Source: Steroidobacteraceae bacterium (lineage in GTDB: Bacteria > Pseudomonadota > Gammaproteobacteria > Steroidobacterales > Steroidobacteraceae). From it: DNA of 64,000 bases. Positions within the stretch are counted from its first letter, which is position 1. Each line of letters begins with the position of its first letter. A program made the position numbers and the translations under genes. Location of the stretch: contig JANWJS010000028.1 of the NCBI GenBank assembly GCA_025451845.1, positions 28,189-92,188 on the forward strand. The letters run 5' to 3'. Of the stretch, positions 20,684-32,479 are shown in pieces. The notes under the pieces were generated by a model. That model was given only the letters and a program-made list of their open reading frames with translations, searched no databases and had not been told where the DNA came from.

Positions 20684-21124
20684 TCAATGCACCCCGAGCT
20701 GATTGAGGTCAGGCTCGGTGATGAAGGCAACCTTGACCATCCCGCCGCGCTGCAGCTCGTACAGAACGTGACCGATGAACTTGTAGCTGGCCTGCCTGTC
20801 GCCGCGGATGTGGATCTCCGGCTGCGGGACCCTCACGGCCTGCTGCTCGATCATGGTCAACAGCTGATCGCTGCTCGGGACCATTTTGTCGTCCCAATAA
20901 ACGTTGCCCGCCGCGTCCACCGCGATGGTGATGTCCTGGGGCTTGGTCTGCGTCGGAATGTTGTTGGCATTCGGCAGCTTGACGCTCACCGTCTTGGTGA
21001 TCACGGGGATGGTGATGAGAAAGATGATGAGCAGCACCAGCATGACGTCGACGAGCGGCGTCGTATTGATGGTTGCCATCACGCTCGGCTCTTCTTCCGA
21101 GCTTTGTCCGACAGTCATGGCCAT
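20684..21124 (-). CDS. exbD: ExbD/TolR family protein
   Basis: INTTPLVDVMLVLL, IRGDR. Confidence 0.9.
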   Translation of the reverse strand: MAMTVGQSSEEEPSVMATINTTPLVDVMLVLLIIFLITIPVITKTVSVKLPNANNIPTQTKPQDITIAVDAAGNVYWDDKMVPSSDQLLTMIEQQAVRVPQPEIHIRGDRQASYKFIGHVLYELQRGGMVKVAFITEPDLNQLGVH

Positions 21125-21274
21125 AAGGAAAGGCTCCTCACGCGTCGCTCAGCAAGCCGGGCGCCCGCGTGGCGGTGGGCAAATCAGTCAAAGCGATCAG
21201 GTCGGCCCGACGGGCCGGCCCCGCGCCGCGCGCGGAGCCGGCCCTGCGGCACTCTCGTGATTTCGACTCGTCTC

Positions 21275-22024
21275 TCACTTGCGGACGGCGGCGGCAGGCG
21301 CGGCCGTCGGGCGCGCACCACCACCCATCTCGGGGCCGGTGCTCACACGCGCACCGCTGACGAGAAAGGCGTGCAGGTCGCCCGCGAAATTGCGCAGCGC
21401 ATCCTGCAGGACCTTGTTGCGGCCGAGCAGCCAGTTGTAGCCCCAGACCGCCGGGACGGCGACGAAGAGGCCGAGCGCGGTCATGATGAGTGCGCCACCG
21501 ACAGGGCCTGCGACCTTGTCGATGCTCGCCTGGCCGGCGAGGCCGATCGCGATGAGGGCGTTCATCACGCCCCACACCGTACCGAAGAGGCCGACGAACG
21601 GAGCCGAGGAGCCCACCGTGGCGAGGAAGCCCAGGCCCTTTGACATGTTGCTGTTGACCTGGTCGACGGAGCGCTGCAGCGACATGGTGACCCACTCGTG
21701 CATGTCGATGCGGTCGGTGAGACGGCCCTCATGGTGCGACACGGCGCGCAGACCATCCTCCGCGACGGCGCGGAAGTTGTCGCCCTTCTTCAGGCGCTCT
21801 ACGCCGTCCTTGACGGAAGGCGCGGACCAGAATTGCTTCTCCGCGGCGCGAGCGGATTTCTTGAGCCGGCGCTGATCCCACAGCTTCGTCAGGATGATGT
21901 ACCAGGACATCAACGACATGAGGAGCAGCAGGAGGACGACGCCTTGAGCGACGATATCGCCGGAATTCAGGATACCCGTCAGGCCGTACGGGTTGTTGAC
22001 GGTTGAGACTGCTTGATTACCCAT
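21275..22024 (-). CDS. exbB: ExbB/TolQ/MotA proton channel
   Basis: LATVGSSAPFVGLFGTVWG, ALIMTALGLFVAVPA. Confidence 0.92.
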   Translation of the reverse strand: MGNQAVSTVNNPYGLTGILNSGDIVAQGVVLLLLLMSLMSWYIILTKLWDQRRLKKSARAAEKQFWSAPSVKDGVERLKKGDNFRAVAEDGLRAVSHHEGRLTDRIDMHEWVTMSLQRSVDQVNSNMSKGLGFLATVGSSAPFVGLFGTVWGVMNALIAIGLAGQASIDKVAGPVGGALIMTALGLFVAVPAVWGYNWLLGRNKVLQDALRNFAGDLHAFLVSGARVSTGPEMGGGARPTAAPAAAVRK

Positions 22025-22103
22025 ATTTTCCTCGAATCACGAAAGGGCCGCGGTGGTGGTTGCGGCTTCGACAGGCGGAGACATCAGTGAGAGACAACGA
22101 ACG

Positions 22104-22739
22104 TTAGAACGAATCGGTCAGCTGGAACTTGATCGGCAGAGCGGTGCACACCGTCACCGCCGCGCCGTTGCGGGTCTCCGGCTCGAAGTGGCCGGAGGTG
22201 GCTCTGGCATAGCGCATGGCCGCCTGATCGAGGCGCGAGCTGCCGGAGCTCCTCTGGATCTGCGGATCGCCGACGAGGCGGCCCCCGGCGCCGATGCAGA
22301 GTTTCACGAAGGCGGTCCCCTGCTCGCCGAGGCGGCGGGAGGCGTCCGGGTAGTAGTCATCGGTCGAAGGGAAATCCTTCGCGATCGCCCGCAGAGCCGT
22401 GACGTGCGCGGGAGCCGGCGGCGGAGCGGCATGCGGCACTTTCTTCACCACGGTGATGGCGTGGGTCTGCGACTCCTGCGGGACGTTGATGTTGATCACC
22501 GGCGGCGGGACCTCCACCTGCTGCTTCTGCAGCTGCGGCGGCGGCGGCGGCGGCGGCTTCAGCTGCTCCTTGGTCTGCTGCACGATATTGGTTTGGATGG
22601 GCGGCGCCACCATCTGAATGGCCCGGCTGGCCAGACCGGTCGCCAGCACCCATATAAGAAATATGTGCAGGGCGACGATGGCGAAAAGGACGACGGTGCG
22701 TCGTGTGAGGATCTGGGTGTCTTGTACGTAAGCGCTCAT
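22104..22739 (-). CDS. tonB: Energy transducer TonB
   Basis: TM helix with His, Pro-rich linker, YP..SRRLGEQG, SSGSSRLDQAA. Confidence 0.9.
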   Translation of the reverse strand: MSAYVQDTQILTRRTVVLFAIVALHIFLIWVLATGLASRAIQMVAPPIQTNIVQQTKEQLKPPPPPPPQLQKQQVEVPPPVININVPQESQTHAITVVKKVPHAAPPPAPAHVTALRAIAKDFPSTDDYYPDASRRLGEQGTAFVKLCIGAGGRLVGDPQIQRSSGSSRLDQAAMRYARATSGHFEPETRNGAAVTVCTALPIKFQLTDSF

Positions 22740-23043
22740 GAGTAGCTGGTGAGGCGTCGCTGTTGCAAGTCCGCAATGGCTGGGTCGAAACGTAAGCGGT
22801 GCAAAGTAACCGTCTTTCTATCTGCCCGCAAGCGGTCCAATCCGGATGGCGCGTGCGCCCTTCCCGGAGCTGACGCGCACGTATGGCTCAATCCCCTTAT
22901 TAAGTAATTCAGTGTCGCTGCGCCTACCAGGCACGGAGCCTTGGGCGCGCGCCGTCCGCATCGGTGGACGCGGTAGCGAACTCTAACCGGTGCTCTGCGA
23001 GGTGACAACTGCGTGACGCTTCTCTGCCTGAACCGCGATTAAG

Positions 23044-24840
23044 CTAGCGCGCCCTCGGCCGGCCCGTCGCAGGCCCCGGTCCGGTTACGGCACCGCCGGA
23101 GGCGCTGCCGACGAGGTGGGCGTACTTGGCCAATACCCCGGTCGTGGTGAAGGGCCTGCGCGGCTTCCACGCCGCACTTCGCCGGCGCAGCTCCGCCGCG
23201 GAAAGGTCCACCCGAATCTCCCGCCGCACCGCATCGATCGTGATCTGGTCCCCGTTGCGCAGCAATCCGATAGGGCCACCCACCGCCGCCTCGGGCGCAA
23301 TGTGCCCGACCACGAAACCGTGGCTACCGCCGGAAAAGCGGCCGTCGGTGATCAGCGCGACCTTGTCCGCTAGGCCGCGGCCGACTATGGCACCCGTAGG
23401 ACTCAGCATTTCGCGCATGCCAGGACCGCCGACCGGACCCTCATAGCGGATGACGACGATATCGCCCGCTCGCACGTGCCCGGAAAGGATGGCCGCGGTC
23501 GCCCGCTCCTCGCCATCGAAAACCCGGGCAATACCGCTGAAAGCCTCGCCTTCCTTCCCCGAGATCTTGGCGACCGCGCCCCCGGGGGCCACGTTCCCGT
23601 ACAGCACGACGAGGTGGCTGTCCTTCCTGAGCGGCCGTGATAGCGGCCGCACGATGTCCTGCCCAGCAACATACGTGCCTGTTTCCGCGAGATTTTCCGC
23701 CAGCGTGCGGCCCGTGACGGTAAGGCATCCGCCGTGCAGCAGCCCGGCGTCGAGCAGCATTTTCATGAGCGGCTGAATGCCCCCAATGGCCACGAGCTCG
23801 GACATCAGGTAGCGGCCGCTGGGCTTGAGGTCCGCGAGCACCGGCACTCTCCTGCCTATTCGAGTGAAATCATCCAGGTGAAGTTTCACCCCCGCATCGT
23901 GAGCGATCGCCAGCAGATGCAGCACCGCGTTGGTCGAGCCCCCGAGCGCGATTGCCACGGTGATCGCATTCTCGAACGCCTTGCGAGTCAGGATGTCGCG
24001 CGGCCGGATGCCTTCCTGCACCAGCGCGACGACCGCCTCGCCGGCGCGGCGGCAGTCGGCACGCTTCTCCGCGCTCACCGCCTCCTGGGCGGAGCTGCCG
24101 GGCAGCGACAGGCCGAGCGCCTCGATGGCCGAAGCCATGGTGTTGGCGGTGTACATGCCGCCGCAGCTTCCCGGTCCCGGAATGGCCGTGCGCTCGACTT
24201 CCGCGAGCTGCTCGTCATCGATCTTGCCCGCAGCGCGGGCGCCTACCGCCTCGAACACCGCCACGATATCGCGCCGGGCCGCCCCAGGTCGGATGGTGCC
24301 GCCGTAGACGAAGACCGAGGGGCGGTTCAGCCGTGCCATGGCCATGGCGCAGCCGGGCATATTCTTGTCGCAACCGCCAATGGCGAGGAACCCGTCGAAG
24401 CCCTCGGCCCCGACCACTGTCTCGATCGAATCCGCGATCACTTCCCGCGAGACCAGGGAGTAGCGCATTCCCGGCGAGCCCATGGCGATGCCGTCGGAAA
24501 CGGTGATGGTATTGAAGAGGACGCCCTTGGCACCCGCAGCATCGACAGCGGCGATCGCCTCGCGGGCGAGCTCCCCGATATGCATGTTGCACGGTGTTAC
24601 ATTCGCCCACGTCGAAGCAACGCCGACCTGTGGCTTGGAGAAGTCATCGTCCTTGAACCCGACGGCGCGTAGCATGGCGCGCGATGGCGTCTGCTTGATT
24701 CCATCGACCACCAGCCGCGAATGCTCGCGCGGATCTACCCCTGCGCTGCGCGCAGGTCTTGGCGGGGTCCGCGAAGCGCGAACCCCGTCCGCGGTGCGGC
24801 GCGAGGACGCGCCGGAGGAACGGGTCTTCTTTTCCGTCAC
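23044..24840 (-). CDS. ilvD: Dihydroxy-acid dehydratase
   Basis: [43 protein letters not shown]. Confidence 0.95.
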   Translation of the reverse strand: MTEKKTRSSGASSRRTADGVRASRTPPRPARSAGVDPREHSRLVVDGIKQTPSRAMLRAVGFKDDDFSKPQVGVASTWANVTPCNMHIGELAREAIAAVDAAGAKGVLFNTITVSDGIAMGSPGMRYSLVSREVIADSIETVVGAEGFDGFLAIGGCDKNMPGCAMAMARLNRPSVFVYGGTIRPGAARRDIVAVFEAVGARAAGKIDDEQLAEVERTAIPGPGSCGGMYTANTMASAIEALGLSLPGSSAQEAVSAEKRADCRRAGEAVVALVQEGIRPRDILTRKAFENAITVAIALGGSTNAVLHLLAIAHDAGVKLHLDDFTRIGRRVPVLADLKPSGRYLMSELVAIGGIQPLMKMLLDAGLLHGGCLTVTGRTLAENLAETGTYVAGQDIVRPLSRPLRKDSHLVVLYGNVAPGGAVAKISGKEGEAFSGIARVFDGEERATAAILSGHVRAGDIVVIRYEGPVGGPGMREMLSPTGAIVGRGLADKVALITDGRFSGGSHGFVVGHIAPEAAVGGPIGLLRNGDQITIDAVRREIRVDLSAAELRRRSAAWKPRRPFTTTGVLAKYAHLVGSASGGAVTGPGPATGRPRAR

Positions 24841-24857
24841 GGTCTATCTTGCAGGTG

Positions 24858-26279
24858 CTAGCCGCTTAGCTTAGCACTGTAGCGCGACCGTATCAGCTGG
24901 AAGAGGCTGCGTACGCATTGGGCCTCGGCTCCGACCGGCCGTCCCGGCCGCTCCTTGCCGTTCCATCCGTAGAGATCGAGATGTAACCAATCGCTCGTCT
25001 CCGTGACGAAGCGCTTCAGGAAGAGCGCGGCGATGATGGATCCGGCGAATGGCGTCGCTGACACGTTGCCGAGATCGGCGACTTTGCTGGCGAGATCGTC
25101 GTCGTATCCCGGCCAAAGCGGCAGCGGCCAGACCGGATCGCACTCTTCTTCCCCCTGCCGGCGCAACGCCTGCAGCAGGGCTTCGTTCGGCGAGTACGCG
25201 GCGGGCAGCTCCGGACCGAGCGCCGTGCGCGCGGCGCCCGTCAGCGTTGCAAGATCAATGAGGAGGTCCGGCCGGTCGACGTCGGCTTCCGCAAGTGCAT
25301 CGGCCAGCACTAGCCGCCCCTCGGCATCGGTATTGCCGACCTCCACCGTCAATCCCTTGCGTGAGCGCAAAACGTCGCCGGGACGGTATGCGGCTCCCCC
25401 GATACTGTTCTCCACGGCGGGAATGAGGACCCGAAGCTGCACGGGGACCCCAAGTCGCATGACGAGGTCGGCGAGGCCGAGCGCGCACGCGGCGCCGCCC
25501 ATGTCTTTTTTCATCAGGAGCATTCCGGCCGAGGGCTTGAGGTCGAGGCCCCCGGTGTCGAAACACACCCCCTTGCCGACCAGGGTCACGCGCGGCGCGT
25601 CGCGCTCGCCCCAGCGCAAGTCTACGAGCCGCGGCTCGCGCGCACTCGCGGCGCCAACGGCGCGCAGCATCGGGTAGCCCGCGAGCTCGCCGCCCGTCAG
25701 CACCTGACAGCGCGCGCCGTGACTTCTCGCCACATCCAGGGCCGCCTCAGCCAGCTCTTCGGGCCCGAGATCGTTGGCGGGAGTATTGATCAGATCGCGA
25801 GCGAGCGCGGTGGCGCGCGCTGCCGCGGCGGCATACTCGAGATCGGCCCCCGCCGGCGGTACCAGCGCGGCTCGTGGCGGCTCGGACCCATTGAGACGAT
25901 ACCGGCTCATCCGATAGCCGCCCATGAGCCATCCGAGCAAGAGGCGGGTGGCGGCGGGCGCCGGCAGGGGTGTGGCGAGATGCCAGGATTGCCCGGGAAG
26001 CCGGTCGGACAACCCCGCGGCATGCCAAACAGTGAGGTCGCGCGCGCTGCCGAGCGCACCCAGGCCGGCGACCGCGCCCCCGATGCCGCCCTCCGCGGAC
26101 GGCAAGCTGAGGACGCGGTGTCGCTCCGCCTGGAAACCGTGGCCCCGCACCCACGCGACCACCGGGGCGGGCTGGCTGGCGAGCCAGCTCTGCAGCTCCC
26201 CTTCCGCCACCACCCAGAGCGGCCGGCTGTCGGCCGGATCGGCGCTCAGCAACATCTCTTGGGACACGGGGACGAGCAT
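24858..26279 (-). CDS. M17 leucyl aminopeptidase family protein
   Basis: VGKGVCFDTGG, MKKDMGG, NTDAEGRL, DLATLTGA; start uncertain. Confidence 0.9.
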   Translation of the reverse strand: MLVPVSQEMLLSADPADSRPLWVVAEGELQSWLASQPAPVVAWVRGHGFQAERHRVLSLPSAEGGIGGAVAGLGALGSARDLTVWHAAGLSDRLPGQSWHLATPLPAPAATRLLLGWLMGGYRMSRYRLNGSEPPRAALVPPAGADLEYAAAAARATALARDLINTPANDLGPEELAEAALDVARSHGARCQVLTGGELAGYPMLRAVGAASAREPRLVDLRWGERDAPRVTLVGKGVCFDTGGLDLKPSAGMLLMKKDMGGAACALGLADLVMRLGVPVQLRVLIPAVENSIGGAAYRPGDVLRSRKGLTVEVGNTDAEGRLVLADALAEADVDRPDLLIDLATLTGAARTALGPELPAAYSPNEALLQALRRQGEEECDPVWPLPLWPGYDDDLASKVADLGNVSATPFAGSIIAALFLKRFVTETSDWLHLDLYGWNGKERPGRPVGAEAQCVRSLFQLIRSRYSAKLSG

Positions 26280-26406
26280 AGCGGACGCGCCATCACGTTG
26301 ACAAAGTCGCCACGAATGTGCTGACATCGGCCTCATCATTCGCCCTTTTGGCATTCAATCCTTAATCCCCGGACACCCAGCCGTGGCAGCCGCAACAGAG
26401 AGAGAC

Positions 26407-26520
26407 GTGAGCTGCGCAGCGTATACGACGCCGCGCGCCACCCTGCATCCTCTGCTGGCACTGCCTATTGGAAAGCTGCTCCTGGCGAGCAGCCGGTGCG
26501 GGGATCTCGCGCACGCCTGA
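26407..26520 (+). CDS. Leu-rich attenuator leader peptide (37 aa)
   Basis: GTG...TGA; (M)SCAAYTTPRATLHPLLALPIGKLLLASSRCGDLAHA, with 8 Leu and 1 Ile, upstream of ilvC-leu. Confidence 0.7.
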   Translation: MSCAAYTTPRATLHPLLALPIGKLLLASSRCGDLAHA

Positions 26521-26597
26521 GGACGACTCAAGCAGAGTGAGAAAAGACACCAGACCCCGCACCGGCAAACACCGATGCGGGGTCGTTGCTTTTTATT
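26492..26597 (+). promoter_or_regulatory. Transcription attenuator (antiterminator/terminator) of ilvC-leuACDB
   Basis: Terminator GACCCCGCACCGG-loop-CCGATGCGGGGTC followed by a T-rich tract; upstream GCCGGTGCGGGG is complementary to its 5' arm. Confidence 0.8.
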
Positions 26598-26750
26598 GGG
26601 CTATCTTCTATTGGCCAAACCGGCCTGGCGGCCGTTTGGCGGATTTGACTGGCAGGACCCTTATGCCTGCAAGCCGTCCGCTACTCGCTTCACGGGCGGC
26701 CGTTTGGCGGTCTTGCCTTCGAAACTGTTTTGCATGTCGGGAGAATGATG

Positions 26751-27746
26751 ATGAGGCTCTATTCGCAGAAAGACGTCGACAAGAAAGCCTTGCGCGGCGC
26801 GCGCATCGCGGTGCTCGGCTACGGCAGCCAGGGCCGCGCACATGCCCTGAACCTTAAGGACAGCGGCTTTGATGTCGTCGTCGGAGTGCGTAAGGGAGGC
26901 AAGGGTTGGAAGAAGGCGAAAAAGGACGGCCTGGAGGTTGCGGAGCCGGGAGCTGCGGCGCGCGGCGCCGACCTCGTCGCGATGCTGGTGCCGGACCTGG
27001 CCCAGAAGTCACTCTATGAGGACGTCAAGGCGGCGCTGAAATCCGGCGCGACCCTGCTCTTCGCGCACGGATTCAACATCCACTTCAAGCAGATCAAGCC
27101 ACGCAAGGACCTGGACGTGGTGCTCATCGCCCCGAAGGGACCGGGCGATCTGGTGCGCCGGCAATATCAGCAAGGGCGCGGCGTGCCTTGCTTGATCGCG
27201 GTCGCCCAGGACGCGACCGGCAAAGCCCACCGGAAGGCGCTCGCGTATTCCCACGGCATCGGCGGCACGCGCGGCGGCGTGCTCGAGACGACTTTCGCGG
27301 AGGAAACCGAGACCGACCTCTTCGGTGAGCAGGCGGTGCTCTGCGGCGGGGCGACGGAGCTCGTCGTCAAGGGCTTCGAGACTTTGGTCGAGGCCGGCTA
27401 TCAGCCTGAAGTCGCCTACTACGAATGCCTGCACGAGCTGAAGCTCATCGTCGACCTGCTGCACGAGGGGGGGTTGCGCAAGATGCACGAGTTCATCAGC
27501 GAGACCGCGAAGTACGGTGATCTCACGCGCGGCCCGCGCATCGTCAACGACCGGGTCAAGAACGAGATGCGCAAGGTGCTGAAGGAAGTCCAGACGGGCA
27601 AGTTCGCCCGCCAGTGGATCGAGGAGAACGCCAACGGGCGCAAGGGCTACCAGAAGCTGCTGCAGAACGACATCGAGCATCAGATCGAGAAAGTCGGCGA
27701 GGCATTGCGCGCCCGCATGCCGTGGCTCAATGAAAAGCGCGCCTGA
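26751..27746 (+). CDS. ilvC: Ketol-acid reductoisomerase
   Basis: [38 protein letters not shown] options 26745/26748/26751. Confidence 0.96.
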   Translation: MRLYSQKDVDKKALRGARIAVLGYGSQGRAHALNLKDSGFDVVVGVRKGGKGWKKAKKDGLEVAEPGAAARGADLVAMLVPDLAQKSLYEDVKAALKSGATLLFAHGFNIHFKQIKPRKDLDVVLIAPKGPGDLVRRQYQQGRGVPCLIAVAQDATGKAHRKALAYSHGIGGTRGGVLETTFAEETETDLFGEQAVLCGGATELVVKGFETLVEAGYQPEVAYYECLHELKLIVDLLHEGGLRKMHEFISETAKYGDLTRGPRIVNDRVKNEMRKVLKEVQTGKFARQWIEENANGRKGYQKLLQNDIEHQIEKVGEALRARMPWLNEKRA

Positions 27747-27777
27747 AACGCGGTGGCACGATTCCAGGAGACATCAC

Positions 27778-29358
27778 ATGGCTCCCCAACCTGACCGAGT
27801 GCTGATCTTCGATACCACGCTGCGCGATGGGGAACAGTCCCCAGGCTGCAGCATGACGCGCCCGGAGAAGCTGCGCGTGGCACGCGCGCTGGCGGAGCTG
27901 GGGGTCGATGTCATCGAGGCGGGCTTTCCCGCCGCCTCCAAGGGAGATTGGGAGAGCGTGCAGGCCGTGGCGCGCGAGGTCCCCGGCCCCATCATCGCCG
28001 GACTCGCCCGCTGCAATCGTGAGGACATCGAGCTCGCTGCGCGGGCGCTTGCGGATGCGCCCCGGCGACGGGTCCATGTGTTCCTCGCGACCAGCGCCAT
28101 CCACCGCCAATACAAGCTCAACATGGCGCAGGAGGAAATCCTGCGCACGGCCGTCGCGGGCGTGAAGCTCGCCAGAGAGCTATGCGAGGACGTGGAGTTC
28201 TCTCCCGAGGATGCCTCGCGCACGGAGCTCGAGTTCCTGGCGCAGGTGGTCGAGGCGGCCATCGAGGCCGGCGCTAGCACGGTGAACATTCCCGATACGG
28301 TCGGATACACGGTACCCGATGAATTCGCCGAGCTCTTCCGCTATCTGCGCAAGAACGTGCGCGGCATCGACCGCATTCGGCTCTCCGTCCACTGCCACGA
28401 CGACCTCGGAATGGCGGTCGCCAACAGCCTGACCGCGGTGGTGGCGGGCGCACGCCAGGTGGAGTGCACCATCAATGGCATTGGCGAGCGCGCCGGCAAC
28501 TGCTCGCTCGAGGAAGTGGTCATGGCCCTGAAGACACGCTCAGCGTTCTTCAACGTCACCACTGGTATCCAGACTAATCGTCTTTATCCGACGTCACGGC
28601 TGGTTTCGAGCATCACCGGCATGACGGTGCCGCGCAACAAGGCCGTCGTCGGCGAGAATGCGTTCGCCCACGAGGCCGGAATCCATCAGCACGGTGTACT
28701 TCGTCACCACTCGACGTACGAGATCCTCCGTCCCGAGGACGTGGGACTCTCCCGCAGCAACTTGGTGCTGGGAAAGCACAGCGGGCGTCATGCCTTCCGC
28801 GATCGCGTGAAGGCTCTCGGATTCGAGCTGGATGAAGCCGAGCTCAACCGGGTATTCGAGGAATTCAAAGCCCTGGCCGACAAGAAGAAGGAGCTGTTCG
28901 ACGGCGACATCGAGGCGCTGGTGCTGCGCGCGGAAGGCACCGCCTCCGGTCCCTGGAGCCTCACCAGCCTCGACACCATGGCCGCGAGCAACGCGCCTGC
29001 GACTGCGATGGTACAGCTGCGGCATACGGATGGCCGGACGGTGGAGCGCAAGGCCTCCGGTGACGGTCCCGTCGACGCGGCCTTCAAGGCGATCGAGACC
29101 GCGACCGGCATCAGCGTGATGTTGCGCAAGTTCGAGATCCGGGGTGTCACGGAAGGTGAGGATGCGCAGGGCGAAGCGGTGGTTTACGTGGAGTACAACC
29201 AACGCAGCTACCGCGGCTCGAGCGTGAGCACCAACATCGTCGAGTCGAGCACGAAGGCATTCCTCGAGGTCATCAATCGCATCGAGCTGGCGCAGGCCGG
29301 CACCCGCTCGCGCGAGGAGCGCAGCGGCGCGGGGCGGGCGGCTCAGGCCACGGTCTAG
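27778..29358 (+). CDS. leuA: 2-isopropylmalate synthase
   Basis: [27 protein letters not shown]-terminal regulatory domain. Confidence 0.96.
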   Translation: MAPQPDRVLIFDTTLRDGEQSPGCSMTRPEKLRVARALAELGVDVIEAGFPAASKGDWESVQAVAREVPGPIIAGLARCNREDIELAARALADAPRRRVHVFLATSAIHRQYKLNMAQEEILRTAVAGVKLARELCEDVEFSPEDASRTELEFLAQVVEAAIEAGASTVNIPDTVGYTVPDEFAELFRYLRKNVRGIDRIRLSVHCHDDLGMAVANSLTAVVAGARQVECTINGIGERAGNCSLEEVVMALKTRSAFFNVTTGIQTNRLYPTSRLVSSITGMTVPRNKAVVGENAFAHEAGIHQHGVLRHHSTYEILRPEDVGLSRSNLVLGKHSGRHAFRDRVKALGFELDEAELNRVFEEFKALADKKKELFDGDIEALVLRAEGTASGPWSLTSLDTMAASNAPATAMVQLRHTDGRTVERKASGDGPVDAAFKAIETATGISVMLRKFEIRGVTEGEDAQGEAVVYVEYNQRSYRGSSVSTNIVESSTKAFLEVINRIELAQAGTRSREERSGAGRAAQATV

Positions 29359-29371
29359 GAGAGCGGTGCCC

Positions 29372-30775
29372 ATGGATTCCCCCCAGACTCTGTTCGAGAA
29401 AGTGTGGCGCCCCCATGAGGTGGCGGCGGAGACTCCCGACACACCGGCCATCCTCTACATCGACCTGCACCTCATTCACGAGGTGACCTCACCGCAGGCT
29501 TTCACGGTGCTGCGCGAGCGGGGACTCGGGGTGCGCCGGCCGGAGCTGACATTCGCCACCATGGACCACTCCACGCCAACCCGCACGGAGCAAGTTTTCG
29601 GCGGGGCACCCATTGCCATCGAGGCGGCCGCCCGGCAAGTCCGCGAGCTCGAGGTCAACTGCCACGCCTTCGGCGTGGAGCTACTGGGGCTGCGCCACGC
29701 GCGCCGCGGCATCGTGCACGTCATCGGACCGGAGCTCGGGCTCACGCAACCGGGCAAGACCGTGGTCTGCGGCGACAGCCATACGAGCACGCACGGGGCC
29801 CTCGGTGCGCTCGCGTTCGGCATCGGCACCACGGAGGTGGGCCATGTACTCGCCACGCAGTGCCTGCTGCAAAAAAAGCCGCGCACCCTGGCCATCAACG
29901 TGAACGGTAGGCTCGCGGCCGGTGTCACCGCGAAGGACCTGATTCTCGCCATCATCGGCACGATCGGCGTCGCCGGCGGCACGGGTTTCGTCATCGAGTA
30001 TCGCGGCGCAACCATCAGGGCTCTCGACATGGACGAGCGCATGACGGTCTGCAACATGTCGATCGAGGCCGGCGCGCGCGCCGGCATGATCGCGCCGGAC
30101 GAGACCACCTACGCCTATCTCGCCGGCCGCCTGCGCGTACCGCAGGGCGAGGCCTGGGAGCAGGCGCTCGAGGAGTGGCGGCAGCTTCCGACCGATGCGG
30201 GTGCGCGGTTCGACAAGGAGATCGACATCGACGCTGCGGCTCTCGAGCCGATGGTCACCTACGGCACCAACCCCGGCATGGTCATCCCGATCTCGGGCTC
30301 GATTCCGCAGCGCCCGGGCGATGCGATGTTCGCGAAATCCCTCGCCTACATGGGATTCGAGCCGGGACGTCCCGTCGCCGAGCAGCCGGTCAACGTCGTT
30401 TTCGTCGGCAGCTGCACCAACGGGCGCCTCTCCGATCTGCGCGATGCGGCCTCGCTCCTGCGCGGGCGCAAGGTGGCTCCGGGGGTGCAGATGCTGGTGG
30501 TGCCGGGTTCGAAAGAGGTCAAGCGCGCGGCGGAGGCGGAAGGCCTGCACACGGTGTTTCTCGAGGCGGGAGCGGAGTGGCGCGAGCCGGGCTGCTCGAT
30601 GTGCCTCGGGATGAACGGAGACCTCGTGCCGAAGGGGCAGTATGCGGTCAGCACCAGCAATCGCAATTTCGAGGGCCGCCAAGGCGTGGGCGCACGCACG
30701 CTGCTGGCGAGCCCGCTGACAGCCGCGGCGTCCGCTGTGCGCGGACGAGTCACCGACCCGCGCGAGTTGCTGTAG
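29372..30775 (+). CDS. leuC: 3-isopropylmalate dehydratase large subunit
   Basis: [37 protein letters not shown]. Confidence 0.96.
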   Translation: MDSPQTLFEKVWRPHEVAAETPDTPAILYIDLHLIHEVTSPQAFTVLRERGLGVRRPELTFATMDHSTPTRTEQVFGGAPIAIEAAARQVRELEVNCHAFGVELLGLRHARRGIVHVIGPELGLTQPGKTVVCGDSHTSTHGALGALAFGIGTTEVGHVLATQCLLQKKPRTLAINVNGRLAAGVTAKDLILAIIGTIGVAGGTGFVIEYRGATIRALDMDERMTVCNMSIEAGARAGMIAPDETTYAYLAGRLRVPQGEAWEQALEEWRQLPTDAGARFDKEIDIDAAALEPMVTYGTNPGMVIPISGSIPQRPGDAMFAKSLAYMGFEPGRPVAEQPVNVVFVGSCTNGRLSDLRDAASLLRGRKVAPGVQMLVVPGSKEVKRAAEAEGLHTVFLEAGAEWREPGCSMCLGMNGDLVPKGQYAVSTSNRNFEGRQGVGARTLLASPLTAAASAVRGRVTDPRELL

Positions 30776-30787
30776 GAGCCGCCAACA

Positions 30788-31390
30788 GTGGATGCGATCA
30801 AGACTTTCCGCTCGCGGACCGTGGTGCTTGCGGCGAGTGACGTCGATACGGACCAGATCATTCCGGCACGATTCCTCACCACGACGACACGCTCGGGCCT
30901 CGGCGCCAATCTGTTTGCGGACTGGCGCTACGGCAGCGACGGCGCTGCGCGGGCGGATTTCGTGCTGAATCGGCCCGAGGCGCAGGGGTGCACCATCCTG
31001 GTCGCGGGCAACAACTTCGGCTGCGGCTCATCGCGCGAGCACGCCCCCTGGGCGCTCACGGACTATGGCTTCCGCGCGGTGGTGAGCACGCAATTCGCGG
31101 ACATCTTTCGCGCCAACGCTTTAAAAAATCGATTGGTGCCGGTGATCGTCGATCAGGCCACGCACGGCTGGCTGGTGGAGCATCCGGGCGCGGACGTGAC
31201 CGTCGATCTCGAGAGCACGACTTTGATGCTGCCTGCCGGGCGGGCCGTACGGTTTCCGCTGGAGCCGTTTGCGCGGTATTGCCTGATGAATGGCGTCGAT
31301 GAGTTGGGATTTCTGCTCGGCAGGCAGACCGAGATTGTGGCCTACGAGCAGCGGCTTCGTTCGGCCACCGTGGCGTCGGTCGCCGGATGA
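30788..31390 (+). CDS. leuD: 3-isopropylmalate dehydratase small subunit
   Basis: [24 protein letters not shown]. Confidence 0.96.
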   Translation: MDAIKTFRSRTVVLAASDVDTDQIIPARFLTTTTRSGLGANLFADWRYGSDGAARADFVLNRPEAQGCTILVAGNNFGCGSSREHAPWALTDYGFRAVVSTQFADIFRANALKNRLVPVIVDQATHGWLVEHPGADVTVDLESTTLMLPAGRAVRFPLEPFARYCLMNGVDELGFLLGRQTEIVAYEQRLRSATVASVAG

Positions 31391-32454
31391 AAGCCAGCAT
31401 TGCCGTTCTGCCGGGCGACGGGATTGGGCCGGAGGTCATCGCGCAAGGATTGCGCTGCTTGCGCGCGGTTGCGGATGCTCACGGGCATGAGCTCACTCTG
31501 ACCGAGCTCCCGTTCGGCGGCGCTGCCATCGACCTTTGCGGCAATCCCCTGCCGGAGAGCACCTTGAAGGCGTGTATGGAGGCGGACGCCGTTCTCCTCG
31601 GCGCGATCGGGGGGCCCAGGTGGTCGGCGCCCGAAGCAAAGGTGCGGCCGGAGCAAGGACTCCTGGGCCTGCGCAAGGCCCTGGGGGTATATGCCAACCT
31701 GCGGCCCGTGAAGGTGCACCCTGCCCTGCTCTCCTCTTCCACGCTGAAGGCGCAGATCCTGGAGGACGTCGATCTCGTGTTCGTACGAGAGCTGACCGGC
31801 GGAATCTACTTCGGGGAGAAGCGCCGGGATGCGGTGTCCGCCACGGACGTCTGCACTTACACGGTGGCTGAAGTCGAGAGGATAGTTCGCGTGGCGGCGC
31901 GGCTGGCCCGGCAGCGCCGGCGCAAGCTGGTTTCGATCGACAAGTCGAACGTGCTCGAGACTTCGCGCCTGTGGCGGGAAGTCACCACCCGCGTGCTGCG
32001 GGCCGAGTTCCCCGATGTCTCGCTCGAGCACATGCTGGTCGATTCCGCAGCGATGCATCTCATCCGGCGACCGCGCGATTTCGACGTGCTGGTAACGGAA
32101 AACATGTTCGGGGACATCCTGACGGATGAAGCGTCGATGTTGGCCGGCTCCCTGGGACTCCTGCCGTCAGCCTCTCTGGGTGAAGGCACGCGTGGCCTTT
32201 ACGAGCCGATCCATGGCTCCGCGCCGGACATCGCCGGCCAGGGAATCGCCAACCCTTGTGGCACGATCCTGAGCGTCGCTCTTCTGCTCAGGCACTCGCT
32301 CGGACTCGAGGTGGAGGCGTCGGCGCTGGAGCGAGCCGTGTCAGAATCGATTGACGGCGGCGCGCGCACTCCGGATGTTGCCGCCAGCCGTGACGGCGCG
32401 CTGTCGACCGGACGTGTGGGCGACGCCGTGCTGGATCGAATCCGCGCCGCCTGA
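31387..32454 (+). CDS. leuB: 3-isopropylmalate dehydrogenase
   Basis: [44 protein letters not shown]. Confidence 0.96.
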   Translation: MKASIAVLPGDGIGPEVIAQGLRCLRAVADAHGHELTLTELPFGGAAIDLCGNPLPESTLKACMEADAVLLGAIGGPRWSAPEAKVRPEQGLLGLRKALGVYANLRPVKVHPALLSSSTLKAQILEDVDLVFVRELTGGIYFGEKRRDAVSATDVCTYTVAEVERIVRVAARLARQRRRKLVSIDKSNVLETSRLWREVTTRVLRAEFPDVSLEHMLVDSAAMHLIRRPRDFDVLVTENMFGDILTDEASMLAGSLGLLPSASLGEGTRGLYEPIHGSAPDIAGQGIANPCGTILSVALLLRHSLGLEVEASALERAVSESIDGGARTPDVAASRDGALSTGRVGDAVLDRIRAA

Positions 32455-32479
32455 GTCCGGGACCTGCGGGCAAGGGCGC

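Noticed and set aside
22533..22560. GGC trinucleotide run
   Set aside because: Encodes the normal poly-Pro linker of TonB.
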